From contig JASLWR010000028.1 in the NCBI GenBank assembly GCA_030740765.1, forward strand, positions 6,958 to 38,957: 32,000 nt of DNA. The letters are read 5' to 3'. Below, one piece after another: positions 8,552 to 18,100 of the stretch. The position numbers and the translations under genes were made by a program. The DNA comes from Thermoplasmatota archaeon. Lineage in GTDB: Archaea; Thermoplasmatota; Penumbrarchaeia; JASLWR01. Position 1 is the stretch's first letter, and every line of letters begins with the position of its first letter. A model generated the notes under the pieces. It was not told where the DNA came from and ran no database searches. It saw only the letters and a list, made by a program, of their open reading frames with translations.

Positions 8552-9856
8552 ATGCAAAGATTGAATTATTACGAAATACTCGGCGTCTCCTCCGGAGCAG
8601 AGACGAAGGAAATAAAGAAAGCTTACCGGAGAATGGCCGAACTTCATCACCCGGATAAAATGAATACCAATGATGTCAAGCTAATCGAACTTGCCACAGA
8701 GGAAATGATTTTGATCAACGAGGCCAAAGATATTCTTCTCGACGACCAAACCCGCCGTAAATATGATCTGGAAATGCAAAATACGAGTTACATCTCGGGG
8801 CGGCAAGAAGAGGAAAATGCTCTCGTAAAGATGATAGTGCAGTCCCAAAACGTCCTTTCCAGTATCGGGGAATGCGGGGTGGATATTAAGGAAGCTGAGA
8901 AGTATTTCTTTCAGGCCAAGTATGCTTTCCAGAACCGATACTACAGGAACGGTCTCGAGCTTCTTCAATATGCTGTAAGATCGGCAAGAGATGCTCATTA
9001 CCAGTTTGCAGTGAGAGAGATCCTTGCGGCCCGAAACCGGATATTGGCGGTGGCTGAAGAAGGCTACAACGTGGATTTTGCAAAGAACATTCTCATCCAG
9101 GCAAAACCAGCCATAGAGGACGGGAACTACGAACAGGCTACAGAGTTCGCAAAAGCGGCTGTGAAAGCATCCAAAAAGATTAAGGAAACGGAAAAGGAGA
9201 TAACAAGGCAGGGTTACACGCCACCATCGGAAGAGGATGTATTTGCTGCAACTGCTGCGAGTCCAAAAAGTATGAACGTGAGTTGGGATGCGGCACCAGT
9301 TTCTGAAAAGGAAAAGATGGAAATATCCATCACATCAGCAAAGGATTACGTTGACCATCTGACTGAGGACGAGTTCAATGAAGTGAAGATACTCATGGCG
9401 GAAAAAGAGAAGGAAATAAGGATGAAGAAAAGGCTTGAGCGGGATTTCATAAAGATAGAGATCGCCTCTAGATACAAAGATATCATGAAGAGGTTTCAGG
9501 AATACCAGCGAATGGAGGAGGAGACCATCCATGAGATCCTCGAACGGTATGAAGGGGGGAAGAAGGATGAAATGGATTTCGACCTGGACCTGGGCAATAT
9601 GGAGTTCATCGATGACAAAGACATTCCCAAGGAGGACAAGGAAGTCATCGGAGCCGATTGGGATGAGGCGGAGAAAACGAAGAAAAAACTTGTCTATAAA
9701 TCCGTACTGACCGAGGCATGGGCCGACGGCGTGGTGACAGAGGATGAGGAAGCCATGCTGGAACAGCTCAGGGCTTCTCTTGACCTTCCCATTGACGAAC
9801 ACCAGAAAATGGAAGAGGACATAATAAAGAAATTACTGCTGAACAATTATCTATGA
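8552..9856 (+). CDS. J-domain protein with long helical middle and TerB-like C-terminal segment
   Basis: The J domain is NYYEILGVSSGAETKEIKKAYRRMAELHHPDK (HPD present). The C-terminus, LTEAWADGVVTEDEEAMLEQLRASLDLPIDEHQKM, resembles TerB/DjlA-type helices. The ATG at 8552 follows a GGTGAT SD; the track start at 8447 overlaps the UbiA gene. Confidence 0.88.
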   Translation: MQRLNYYEILGVSSGAETKEIKKAYRRMAELHHPDKMNTNDVKLIELATEEMILINEAKDILLDDQTRRKYDLEMQNTSYISGRQEEENALVKMIVQSQNVLSSIGECGVDIKEAEKYFFQAKYAFQNRYYRNGLELLQYAVRSARDAHYQFAVREILAARNRILAVAEEGYNVDFAKNILIQAKPAIEDGNYEQATEFAKAAVKASKKIKETEKEITRQGYTPPSEEDVFAATAASPKSMNVSWDAAPVSEKEKMEISITSAKDYVDHLTEDEFNEVKILMAEKEKEIRMKKRLERDFIKIEIASRYKDIMKRFQEYQRMEEETIHEILERYEGGKKDEMDFDLDLGNMEFIDDKDIPKEDKEVIGADWDEAEKTKKKLVYKSVLTEAWADGVVTEDEEAMLEQLRASLDLPIDEHQKMEEDIIKKLLLNNYL

Positions 9857-10965
9857 GGTTGGGAACCATCGCAATACGTTATAATAAACTCTTTTTTGAA
9901 TTTTTCGAAATTACCCTTGTCAATGGAAGCCCGAATATTTTTCATCAAGCGCATCATGAAGTGAAGATTGTGGACGGTTAATAATCTCATTGCCAGCAGT
10001 TCCTTGACGCCAAAGAGATGGTGAAGATAGGCTCGCGAGTAACATTTGCATGTGGAGCAATCGCATTCTTCATCGATCTTTTCTATTCGTCCCTTGAAGC
10101 CTGACGAGTTGATGTTCACGGATCCCTTATTCGTAAGCATGGTCCGGTGCCTCGCATTCCTGGTGGGATAGACACTATCGAATATATCAACTCCCTTTTC
10201 CACCGCCAAAATAATATCCACCGGCGTTCCCACACCCATCAGATATTTCGGTCTGTCGCGGTGCAGGATGTCCAATTGGTACCCTGTGGCCTTGTGCATT
10301 TCCACTTTGGACTCCCCCAGGCAGAGGCCTCCTATCCCGTATCCATCGCATTCGATTTTATTCAATTCTCTTGCACTCTTCTGGCGGTAACTGCGACTGG
10401 TGCCTCCCTGGGCAATGGCAAATTTCATCTGGTCCGGTTTTTTATGGGATTCAGAGAACTCTCGGGCCCACCTAGTGGTTCTTACAACTGCCTTCTCTAC
10501 CCGGGCGTCGTTGCTGTTAAGGGGAGCGCAGTCATCAAGGAACATAGCGACATCAGCTCCAATCTTCTCCTGCATACCGGAGGAAAAGTCGGGTGTTATC
10601 AACTCCTGACGTCCGTCAAAGGGACTCTTCAGCATTATTCCTTCCTCTGTCACCTTTGGTTTGAAACCGTCTCGAACGATCTGAAACCCCCCCGAATCGG
10701 TGAAGCTACTTCTTGGCCAGTTCATGAAACCGTGAAGCCCACCCGCCTTGTCTATTACCTCCGTTCCCGGCCTGAGGTGAAGCAGGTATGCATTCGCAAT
10801 AATGTTCTGCACGTCTAGCTCCAGAAGATCGCCTGCGGACATGGTTTTCACCGATGCCTTGGTTGCAACCGGCATGAAAACCGGTGTTCTTACATCTATA
10901 TGTGAAGTATGAAGAATGCCCGTCCGGGCCCCCTGGGGGCCAGCTTCATTTACCACCGTAAACAT
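9847..10965 (-). CDS. tgt: tRNA-guanine transglycosylase, bacterial (queuine/preQ1) type, 372 aa
   Basis: Colinear with E. coli Tgt from memory: ARTGIL, TPVFMPVATKASVK, LHLRPG, GLHGFMNWPRSSFTDSGGFQI, FLDDCAP, AIAQGG, DGYGIGGLCLGE, PKYLMGVGTPVDI, FDSVYPTRNARH, zinc site CDCSTCKCYSRAYLHHL, LTVHNLHFMMRLM. The ATG at 10965 follows GTGAGGA. The GTG at 10977 in the track is an alternative start. Confidence 0.9.
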   Translation of the reverse strand: MFTVVNEAGPQGARTGILHTSHIDVRTPVFMPVATKASVKTMSAGDLLELDVQNIIANAYLLHLRPGTEVIDKAGGLHGFMNWPRSSFTDSGGFQIVRDGFKPKVTEEGIMLKSPFDGRQELITPDFSSGMQEKIGADVAMFLDDCAPLNSNDARVEKAVVRTTRWAREFSESHKKPDQMKFAIAQGGTSRSYRQKSARELNKIECDGYGIGGLCLGESKVEMHKATGYQLDILHRDRPKYLMGVGTPVDIILAVEKGVDIFDSVYPTRNARHRTMLTNKGSVNINSSGFKGRIEKIDEECDCSTCKCYSRAYLHHLFGVKELLAMRLLTVHNLHFMMRLMKNIRASIDKGNFEKFKKEFIITYCDGSQPHR

Positions 10966-11031
10966 GTAATTCCTCACGAATGGTTTATCGTATTTACTTC
11001 TGGTTGTCGTAATTCTTACGAAAACGTTATT

Positions 11032-12204
11032 ATGATTATTTGTATATTGTGCGCTTCGATATTCATGGATTTTAATGATAGTCTCAATATCATACGTTTA
11101 CTGGTCGGCCTTATAGTACTTGTGATAGGATCAGTTACGGACATCAGGACGAGAAAGGTCCCGAACCGGCTCTGGCTTATCTCCGGTGCGATCGCGTCAC
11201 TGCTCCTGGTGGCGTACATCGCTCACGAGAGTTCGAACGTTATACCAGTTCTATTGACATTGACCGTCATTTTCTATTACTATTATTTCTACTCCGACCT
11301 GGAATTCAATGGACTGCCAAAGGGAAACGACAGGTTCTTTGCGATCTTGGGTGTTGCATCCATAGGCTTCTACATATGGGCCATTTTTTATTACGATATA
11401 CCTATGAATATTTCAATCCTTCTATTGATTACCTTCGTCCTTCTCATGATAAACGAGGTCATGCTGCTCCGAAAAGGAACCAGCTCCCGGATGGCATGGC
11501 TGATATTATTAATAATGTGCTTCATAACCCTGGGATTTCTTTCTCAATACGACATCAGCTCCATCGAAAAGGGGGTGCCCATAGCCGCAACCGGGACACC
11601 TGGCTTAGACTCCTCGTTCATGCTGATCACTTCTATATTCCTTATGATAACTGCCATTTACGCGATGTACTGCTCCGGGATAATCATGGGTGGGGCCGAT
11701 GCAAAAGGATTGATGCTGGTTTCACTGCTTCTTCCTGCATACCCGGCTGTATCCGGACTTCACATGGATACCTATTTCTATGAAGTCCTTGATAAAATAC
11801 CGCTTCAAGCCTTTATTTTTCCATTCTCAATGACTATACTCATCAACGGCGCGTTGCTACTTCTCCTATATCCATTATTCTTTCTAGGATTGAACCTCAT
11901 ACGAAAGGATTTTAAATTCCCATACTGCCTATTCGGTTACCGGCTCGATCTCGATAAATTCGAAAAGAAGTTCGTATGGCTCCTGGAGATCATAAAGGAC
12001 GGAAAGAGAAAGATGGTTCTATCCCCCCCCAGGGAGAAGGCTGAGGAAAAGAAGCTATTAAAGCAGTTGGTGGATGCCGGTGAAAAGAGGATATGGGTGC
12101 AACCCAAGATACCATTCCTTGTTGCAGTGACCGTGGGCTATTTGATCGCCATCGTATTCGGCAACGCCATACATCTCATCATCAACCTGATTCCTAAGAT
12201 ATAG
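11032..12204 (+). CDS. A24-family aspartic peptidase (archaeal prepilin/preflagellin peptidase, long form with C-terminal extension)
   Basis: The two catalytic Asp motifs are GSVTDIRTRKVPN and IIMGGADAKGLM. The protein is multi-TM, with a soluble insert (KFEKKFVWLLEIIKDGKRKMV...EKRIWVQPKIPF) before the last TM, as in archaeal FlaK-like enzymes. The start is set at the ATG at 11032. The track ORF from 10909 overlaps tgt. Confidence 0.85.
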   Translation: MIICILCASIFMDFNDSLNIIRLLVGLIVLVIGSVTDIRTRKVPNRLWLISGAIASLLLVAYIAHESSNVIPVLLTLTVIFYYYYFYSDLEFNGLPKGNDRFFAILGVASIGFYIWAIFYYDIPMNISILLLITFVLLMINEVMLLRKGTSSRMAWLILLIMCFITLGFLSQYDISSIEKGVPIAATGTPGLDSSFMLITSIFLMITAIYAMYCSGIIMGGADAKGLMLVSLLLPAYPAVSGLHMDTYFYEVLDKIPLQAFIFPFSMTILINGALLLLLYPLFFLGLNLIRKDFKFPYCLFGYRLDLDKFEKKFVWLLEIIKDGKRKMVLSPPREKAEEKKLLKQLVDAGEKRIWVQPKIPFLVAVTVGYLIAIVFGNAIHLIINLIPKI

Positions 12205-12248
12205 GTAGGATCCCGCTGGCGAAACGACATTTTTTATGGGAAACGGTA

Positions 12249-14243
12249 ATGTATATGGAAATAGAGATACTAGACCAGGAAGGATTTGCCTCTGTAAAAG
12301 AGCTTCGTTTTCGATCCAACGATGATGCTGAGTGTTTCACCACTCCCGCAGCGGTATTCGTTCCTTTTCTATGGAACGGAAAACGGATGAATGATGACGA
12401 GTCTATAAATAATATTTTTGAGAAGATATATTCATTATTTCCTATCGCTAACATATCGGGTATTGCACATCATAACTTCAATGATCAGGATTTTAAATTA
12501 TTTCTATCATGTGATGATGCACCGGTGGGTGAACCGTTTGCTCCCCCGAAGACCCTCTTTTGTCAGCCCACGGGATTTCTCTATCCTCCAGAGCTTGCCC
12601 AAAATGACACAAAAGGGGGTGATATTGCTTATTTTCAGATGAGAGATTCAGAAAAGAGCCCGGTAAACGGACCCGGTGTGGTGGCCCCGACGCATCTATC
12701 TCACATTTACGGGAAACCGCGCCAGATTATCGAGTTGGTCCGCCGACTGAGAACCCAATACAAGGAGGAAAACCTTTTTTATGCACCTGGTATCGCGGAC
12801 CCGTACCGGCTACCTTATCTCGTTTATCTTGGTTTCGACCTCTTCGATACGGTGAAGGCTGCCAGAGATTCCAGTTCATTGATATACTGGGACACACTGG
12901 CCTCCCGCCAACTGTCAGATATTACGGGTCAGGATCTTGATGCCTGTAAATGCGGGGGCTGCATAAAGCTTAATGAAATACTGAATAATGCCGGGTCATT
13001 CGGGAAATTACCGAATCTCAGCGGGGATGTCATGTATACAACGCTGGCAAGTTATCTTTACGTACACAACTGTCTTAGGCTTGCAAATGCAGTTCGTGAA
13101 ACCGGAGAAATTATCAAAAACAAAAATCTCTACAGCTACGCTTATAGCCATTCCATTCATAGCCCACCTGCAGCTGCTGCCTTGAGGTTTTTCCACTGTG
13201 AACTGGCTTCGGATCTGGTGAAGGTATCTCCCAGAGTGTCAAGTCATACCATAATTGTGGGTCAGAGTGAAATGATCCATCTGCCAGACATCTTCAGTTA
13301 TGCATCTCGATTGAAAGAAACCTATGTGCCGCCAAAACGTGATATTCTCCTGCTGCTGCCCTGTTCATTTAAAAAACCCTATTCCCGCTCAAAGACGCAC
13401 CGGATAATTAGAAGGGTTATTGACAGCCATCCGTTGAGGTGGAACCTTCATTGTGTGGTGGTGACCTCCCCCTTGGGCATCGTGCCCATTGAACTCGATA
13501 ACAGCTATCCGGCAAAGAACTACGATATACCGGTGACAGGTGACTGGGACACAGGTGAAAGACTGAGAGTGGATGAACTTCTGGTGCGCTTGATCGAGCG
13601 AGGAACTTACGAACACGTCATAGGGTACCTTGGGAAGGAGAATTATATTATAAGTGATAATCTGGAAAAATACTTTCCGGACCGGTACCTCATTGATGAA
13701 GAACCGACCTCGCCCGAAGCTCTTAACCGTTTGAATGATATACTGAACTCCATCATGGAGAACGCTAATCTTGTACCGAACAACAAGAAAAGAACTCGAT
13801 CGGGAATACCATTCAAAACAAGGGATGCTTGGGGTGTTTTGACATTTCAGTTCGATGCAGACATCGCCGAAAGACTATTGAAGGATTCAAACCTGAAAGG
13901 TAGATGGCCAATGTATTCGCTGGTGGACGGCGAAACCGGGGGCCAGATCGCAAAGTACATCCCGGAGCGGGGCATGTTCTCACTGGGAAAAGGCGCGGCA
14001 AAGAGATTGAGCGGGATATCCAGCAATCGGGTATTTATCGAGGATTTTCATCCCAAGGGAACTATTTTCTGCGTAGGGATCTCCGGAGCGGATACGAATA
14101 TCCGGCCGCTAGATGAGGTTTTGGTCTATCACGGTGACGATCTCCGTGCCATTGGAAGAGCACTGGTCACTGGGGACGCCATGAGCCAGAGAACACGGGG
14201 ACAGGGCGTTAAGGTCCGACATCGAATATCAATGAGGGTATGA
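12249..14243 (+). CDS. arcS: Archaeosine synthase ArcS (TgtA2): degenerate TGT-like N-domain, ArcS-specific domain, C-terminal PUA
   Basis: 664 aa. LLPCSFKKPYSRSKTH is an exact match to the published ArcS motif PC-X3-KPY-X2-S-X2-H. YAPGIADPYRLPYLVYLGFDLFDT is TGT-like. The C-terminus, VFIEDFHPKGTIFCVGISGADTNIRPLDEVLVYHGDDLRAIGRALV, is PUA-like. Confidence 0.88.
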   Translation: MYMEIEILDQEGFASVKELRFRSNDDAECFTTPAAVFVPFLWNGKRMNDDESINNIFEKIYSLFPIANISGIAHHNFNDQDFKLFLSCDDAPVGEPFAPPKTLFCQPTGFLYPPELAQNDTKGGDIAYFQMRDSEKSPVNGPGVVAPTHLSHIYGKPRQIIELVRRLRTQYKEENLFYAPGIADPYRLPYLVYLGFDLFDTVKAARDSSSLIYWDTLASRQLSDITGQDLDACKCGGCIKLNEILNNAGSFGKLPNLSGDVMYTTLASYLYVHNCLRLANAVRETGEIIKNKNLYSYAYSHSIHSPPAAAALRFFHCELASDLVKVSPRVSSHTIIVGQSEMIHLPDIFSYASRLKETYVPPKRDILLLLPCSFKKPYSRSKTHRIIRRVIDSHPLRWNLHCVVVTSPLGIVPIELDNSYPAKNYDIPVTGDWDTGERLRVDELLVRLIERGTYEHVIGYLGKENYIISDNLEKYFPDRYLIDEEPTSPEALNRLNDILNSIMENANLVPNNKKRTRSGIPFKTRDAWGVLTFQFDADIAERLLKDSNLKGRWPMYSLVDGETGGQIAKYIPERGMFSLGKGAAKRLSGISSNRVFIEDFHPKGTIFCVGISGADTNIRPLDEVLVYHGDDLRAIGRALVTGDAMSQRTRGQGVKVRHRISMRV

Positions 14244-14244
14244 C

Positions 14245-14958
14245 ATGGTCATAGAGGTCATGGAACTGAACTGGGATGCTGAGGGCATCTTCAGGTCCAG
14301 GCCGAACCGATTTCTCTCTATTGTTGATATTATTGGACCGGAGGAGATCAAGGGAGAAATGGTTCATGTTCACGATCCCGGACGGTTGAAGGAATTGCTT
14401 TATCCCGGGAACCGAATATTGTTGAAAAAGGCGTTTGGTAAGAAAAGAAAAACGAAATGGGACGTTATAGCGGCACGATTCGAAAACGAATGGATATTGA
14501 TTCATTCAGGATACCACAGGGCAATATCGGAGAGGATATTGAGAGGGAATAATAATCCGCTGGGGCCTTTGAAGGATATCCGGCCCGAGGTGACCGTAGG
14601 GCACAGCAGATTGGATTTTGTTTGCAAGGACGAGTTTGATACGGTAATTGGAGTGGAAGTGAAAGGATGCACCCTTGCGGTGGATGGAGTGGCATTATTC
14701 CCGGACGCGCCTACCAAAAGAGGTAGAAAACATCTTGAGACGCTGATGGAGATGAAGGCATCTGGAAATAGGGCGGCCTTGATGATTCTTATATTCAGAC
14801 ATGAGGCCCGATGTTTTTCACCGAATGAGGAGACCGATCCCAGATTTACCGAAACTTTCAGAAGTGCCATGGAAGCGGGAGTCGAGGTACATCCGGTTGT
14901 ATTTCGCTATGATGGTGTGAATGTATCGTATTTGGGCACTGTACCCGTATGTGAATAA
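14245..14958 (+). CDS. sfsA: SfsA-family nuclease-like protein
   Basis: 237 aa. RPNRFLSIVDI, HSRLDFV and VEVKGCTLAVDGVALFPDAPTKRGRKHLETLM are colinear with E. coli SfsA. The ATG lies 1 nt after the arcS stop. Confidence 0.9.
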   Translation: MVIEVMELNWDAEGIFRSRPNRFLSIVDIIGPEEIKGEMVHVHDPGRLKELLYPGNRILLKKAFGKKRKTKWDVIAARFENEWILIHSGYHRAISERILRGNNNPLGPLKDIRPEVTVGHSRLDFVCKDEFDTVIGVEVKGCTLAVDGVALFPDAPTKRGRKHLETLMEMKASGNRAALMILIFRHEARCFSPNEETDPRFTETFRSAMEAGVEVHPVVFRYDGVNVSYLGTVPVCE

Positions 14959-15114
14959 TTTTCCCCGATAGGTTCGCTGGAACCGCACTTCAACGACTCG
15001 ATAAATTCAAATCATTATCCCTTTTCTATAAATACGGACAAAGCATTATATATACTACCCATAAATAATTTTTTTCACTATTGCCAGTGATCCCGTCCCT
15101 GTGGCGGGTGTGTT

Positions 15115-18100
15115 ATGGTGGGCCATATGGAAGAGAATAAACCAGAAGAGGAGAGCAAACCAGAAATGAAGGGCAATCCGGGTGTGGATAACGATCCAGA
15201 AGATGAGAACGGTCCGGGTATGGATAACGATCCGGAAGTGGATGGCGATCCGGAAGTGGATAACGATCCGGAAATAAAAAACAAGCCAGTGCAGGGTTTC
15301 ACTCCAAAAATTGGAATGGAACTGAAGCCTCTCGTGGACAAGGAGAACGATTTCATCGTCCTTGGCAGGACAAAGGGCGAGCACGAGGAATTCGGCTTGA
15401 GAGGTCTTATGGACATCGGCGTTGTGGGAGAGAGCCAGACCACGGGAGAGGACCATCTTTCTCACAAGATAATGATGGATAATCAATTCCCACACATCAT
15501 GTTCATTTGCGGCAAACGTGGTTCCGGAAAATCATATACTCTCGGTCTTATAGCCGAGGAATTGGCAAAGAGCGCAGAAGGTATTGGAACCATTCTTATT
15601 GATCCTATAGGTATCTTCTGGTCATTGAAGCGGGAGAACGTTTCGAAGAATGAATTGAAATTGCTTGACTCCTACGGGCTTAATCCCATGAACTTCGAAA
15701 ATGTGAAGGTAATTACACCTCTTGGATATGAGGAAGGGATGGAGGCGATACTGGACGGGTCGTTCTCAATATCAGTGGCCGAGATGACCGCAGGCGACTG
15801 GTGTACCGTGTTCGATATCAGAAGATTCAAGGCCCAGGGACTTTTGATCGGTGATGCCTTAACCAAGGTCCGGGAGGGCTATATTGCCATCTACGGGAAC
15901 CGAAATATCGAGATGCCAGGAAAACCCGAGTATTACTCAATAGGCGATATCATACAATGCATCGAGCACGACGAGGACATGCAGTCCAAGAAAAAAGGTT
16001 ACGCTACCTCTACCAGGCGTTCCATTGCCGCAAGGTTTCAGGCAGTTGGAAATTGGGGACTTTTTTCCCGTGAAGGAACGCCTATACAGACCATCGCTGC
16101 ACGCAACAATGTTACAGTTATCGATGTCTCACATCCGAAATTGGACAATGATAAACGCTCCCTGATAGTAGGGATCGTAGCAAGAAAGATACTGGAAGGC
16201 CGAATTCAAGCATCTAAGAAGGAGGAAGCAAGATCATTGGGAATGCCCGTCTCAATGGAAGGAACCTTGCCGGTTACCTGGCTCCTCATCGATGAAGCCC
16301 ATCTCATCCTGCCCCGAAGCGGTTCGACGGCCGCCACCGATGCTCTAGTTAACTACGCAAAGCTTGGGCGAAGACCGGGATGCGCCTTGGTTCTTGCTAC
16401 CCAGAGACCCGCTGCCACGGACGATAACGTATTGTCCCAGGTGGATATGATGATCAGTCACAACCTGGCCCTGGAGGAGGATATGGTCTCTCTTCGAAAG
16501 AGGCTCCCGTCAAAAGTTCCACCTTCGTTGGTCACTTCCGATTTCATCCGGGCAATACCTATTGGCATGGGAATACTTGCCGACCAGAAGACGCAGAGCA
16601 GGACCATGATGGTGAAATTCCGTCCCAGGCAGTCCTACCACTCGGGAAAAGCGGCAGTACCTACCAATGAGGTTCCGGATGAGGGAATTATGGAAGGAAC
16701 CCCCGCTCAGGTCTCACCCATTTTGAAATTTAAGGTCGAAAGACGTGAAGGCTCGATATTGAGACCATCCCTGAACGTAGATCAACTGCTTATAAGGATC
16801 GATAGTACATCCCAGGAAAGGGGCGTGAAAAAAGAACCTGTTTTTGTAATTCAGGGTGAGGACCTGCTTTTCAGGGACAAGGAGGAGCGAGAAAAGGCGG
16901 AGAAAGAGAAATTGCAGAAGGAAAGGTTGGAGAAAGAGAAATTGGAGAAGGAGAGGTTGGAGAAAGGGAAATTGGAGAAAGAGAAATTGGAGAAGGAGAA
17001 GTTGGAGAAGGAGAAGTTAGAGATGGAGAAGTTGGAGAGGGAGAAGTTGGAGAAGGAGAAGTTGGAGAAGGAGAAGTTAGAGATGGAGAAGAGGTTGGAG
17101 AAAGAGAAATTGGAGAAGGAGAGGTTGGAGAAAGGGAAATTGGAGAAAGAGAAATTGGAGAAGGAGAAGTTGGAGAAGGAGAAGTTAGAGATGGAGAAGT
17201 TGGAGAAGGAGAAGTTGGAGAGAGCCGCCGAAAAAACGCATAGTAAAAAGATAAGTCCAAAAAAGGTATTGGACAATATTGTCGATGATATGGAGGAACT
17301 GGGAGGACCGAAAGTAAAGAAGAAAGTAACGAAAGGGCCGAAGACAAACGTCAAGGATAAGTCGGTAAAAGAAAAAACCGCAAAGGAAAACGCGGACCAA
17401 TGGATCAGGAAAGCTGTAATCGAGAAAGTAAAGCAGGCTGAACTTCCCGACATTATGAAAGAAATACTTGGTCTCGGTCATCACTATCTTTTTAAGAACG
17501 AGGATCGGTCCTTGGCCCAGCAGTTCACTAGCGAGATCATCGATATGGGGAAAAGCAGTTTCCTTGTCATCTCAAGATCACCCCCGGCTAGATCGAAGAG
17601 TCTATTCGAAGGTAGGCAAAGCAAATCGTATTGGCTGTCGAAATCCGAAACGAAAGAGAGCCTGAACCCACATAACCTTGAAAAGATATCCTTCACTATT
17701 GGCCGATTTTTAGAGCAGAATCGGGGTGCGGTCATATATTTCGACGGGTTGGAATTCCTGATCTCAAACAACGATTTCAATAAGGTAATGAGGTTTATAG
17801 AGACCGTGCATGAAAAATGCCAGTTGATGGAGGGAGCGGTGATATTTCCCTTTACGCCGGAGATCATAAGCAAACGGGACATGTCCAGGGTCCAGACGGA
17901 GATGGACGTGTTGTTCGAAAAAGAGGATCTTTTACCTTTCTCTCTTGGCAGGTCCGGAAGCGAAGGAGGAAAAGAGACGGTGAAAAAGGCGGAAGCGGAA
18001 GGGGAACACGGGAGGGAAATGAGGGAGGAGAAAGAAGATTCCCCCGAAGGGATCATAAGCTGGGACGAGGATGGTAACGAGGAAATGGAGGCCGTAAAAG

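Noticed and set aside
10147-10818. 223-aa plus-strand ORF
   Set aside because: It is antisense to the strongly supported tgt gene. Other long antisense ORFs (17484-18143, 18729-19316, 26302-26874, 30725-31237, 9335-9802) were rejected for the same reason.
10909-11031. N-terminal extension of the A24 peptidase ORF
   Set aside because: It would overlap the tgt coding region by about 57 nt on the opposite strand and would add a non-hydrophobic leader. The ATG at 11032 begins directly with the first TM helix.
15055-15495. Minus-strand ORFs (146 aa and 121 aa) with repetitive HFRI/GSLST peptides
   Set aside because: They are antisense shadows of the acidic DNDPE repeat at the start of the giant ATPase gene.
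16897-17223. Possible CRISPR array or satellite, because of a very regular short repeat
   Set aside because: The unit is only 15 nt with no unique spacers. It is in frame within a long ORF and encodes a heptad-like charged coiled coil.
16851-17453. Minus-strand ORFs of 200 aa and 158 aa (16871-17347) with FSNFS / SPTSP repeats
   Set aside because: These are frame shadows of the 15-nt KLEKE repeat inside the 1445-aa plus-strand gene. They are low-complexity and have no independent start signal.
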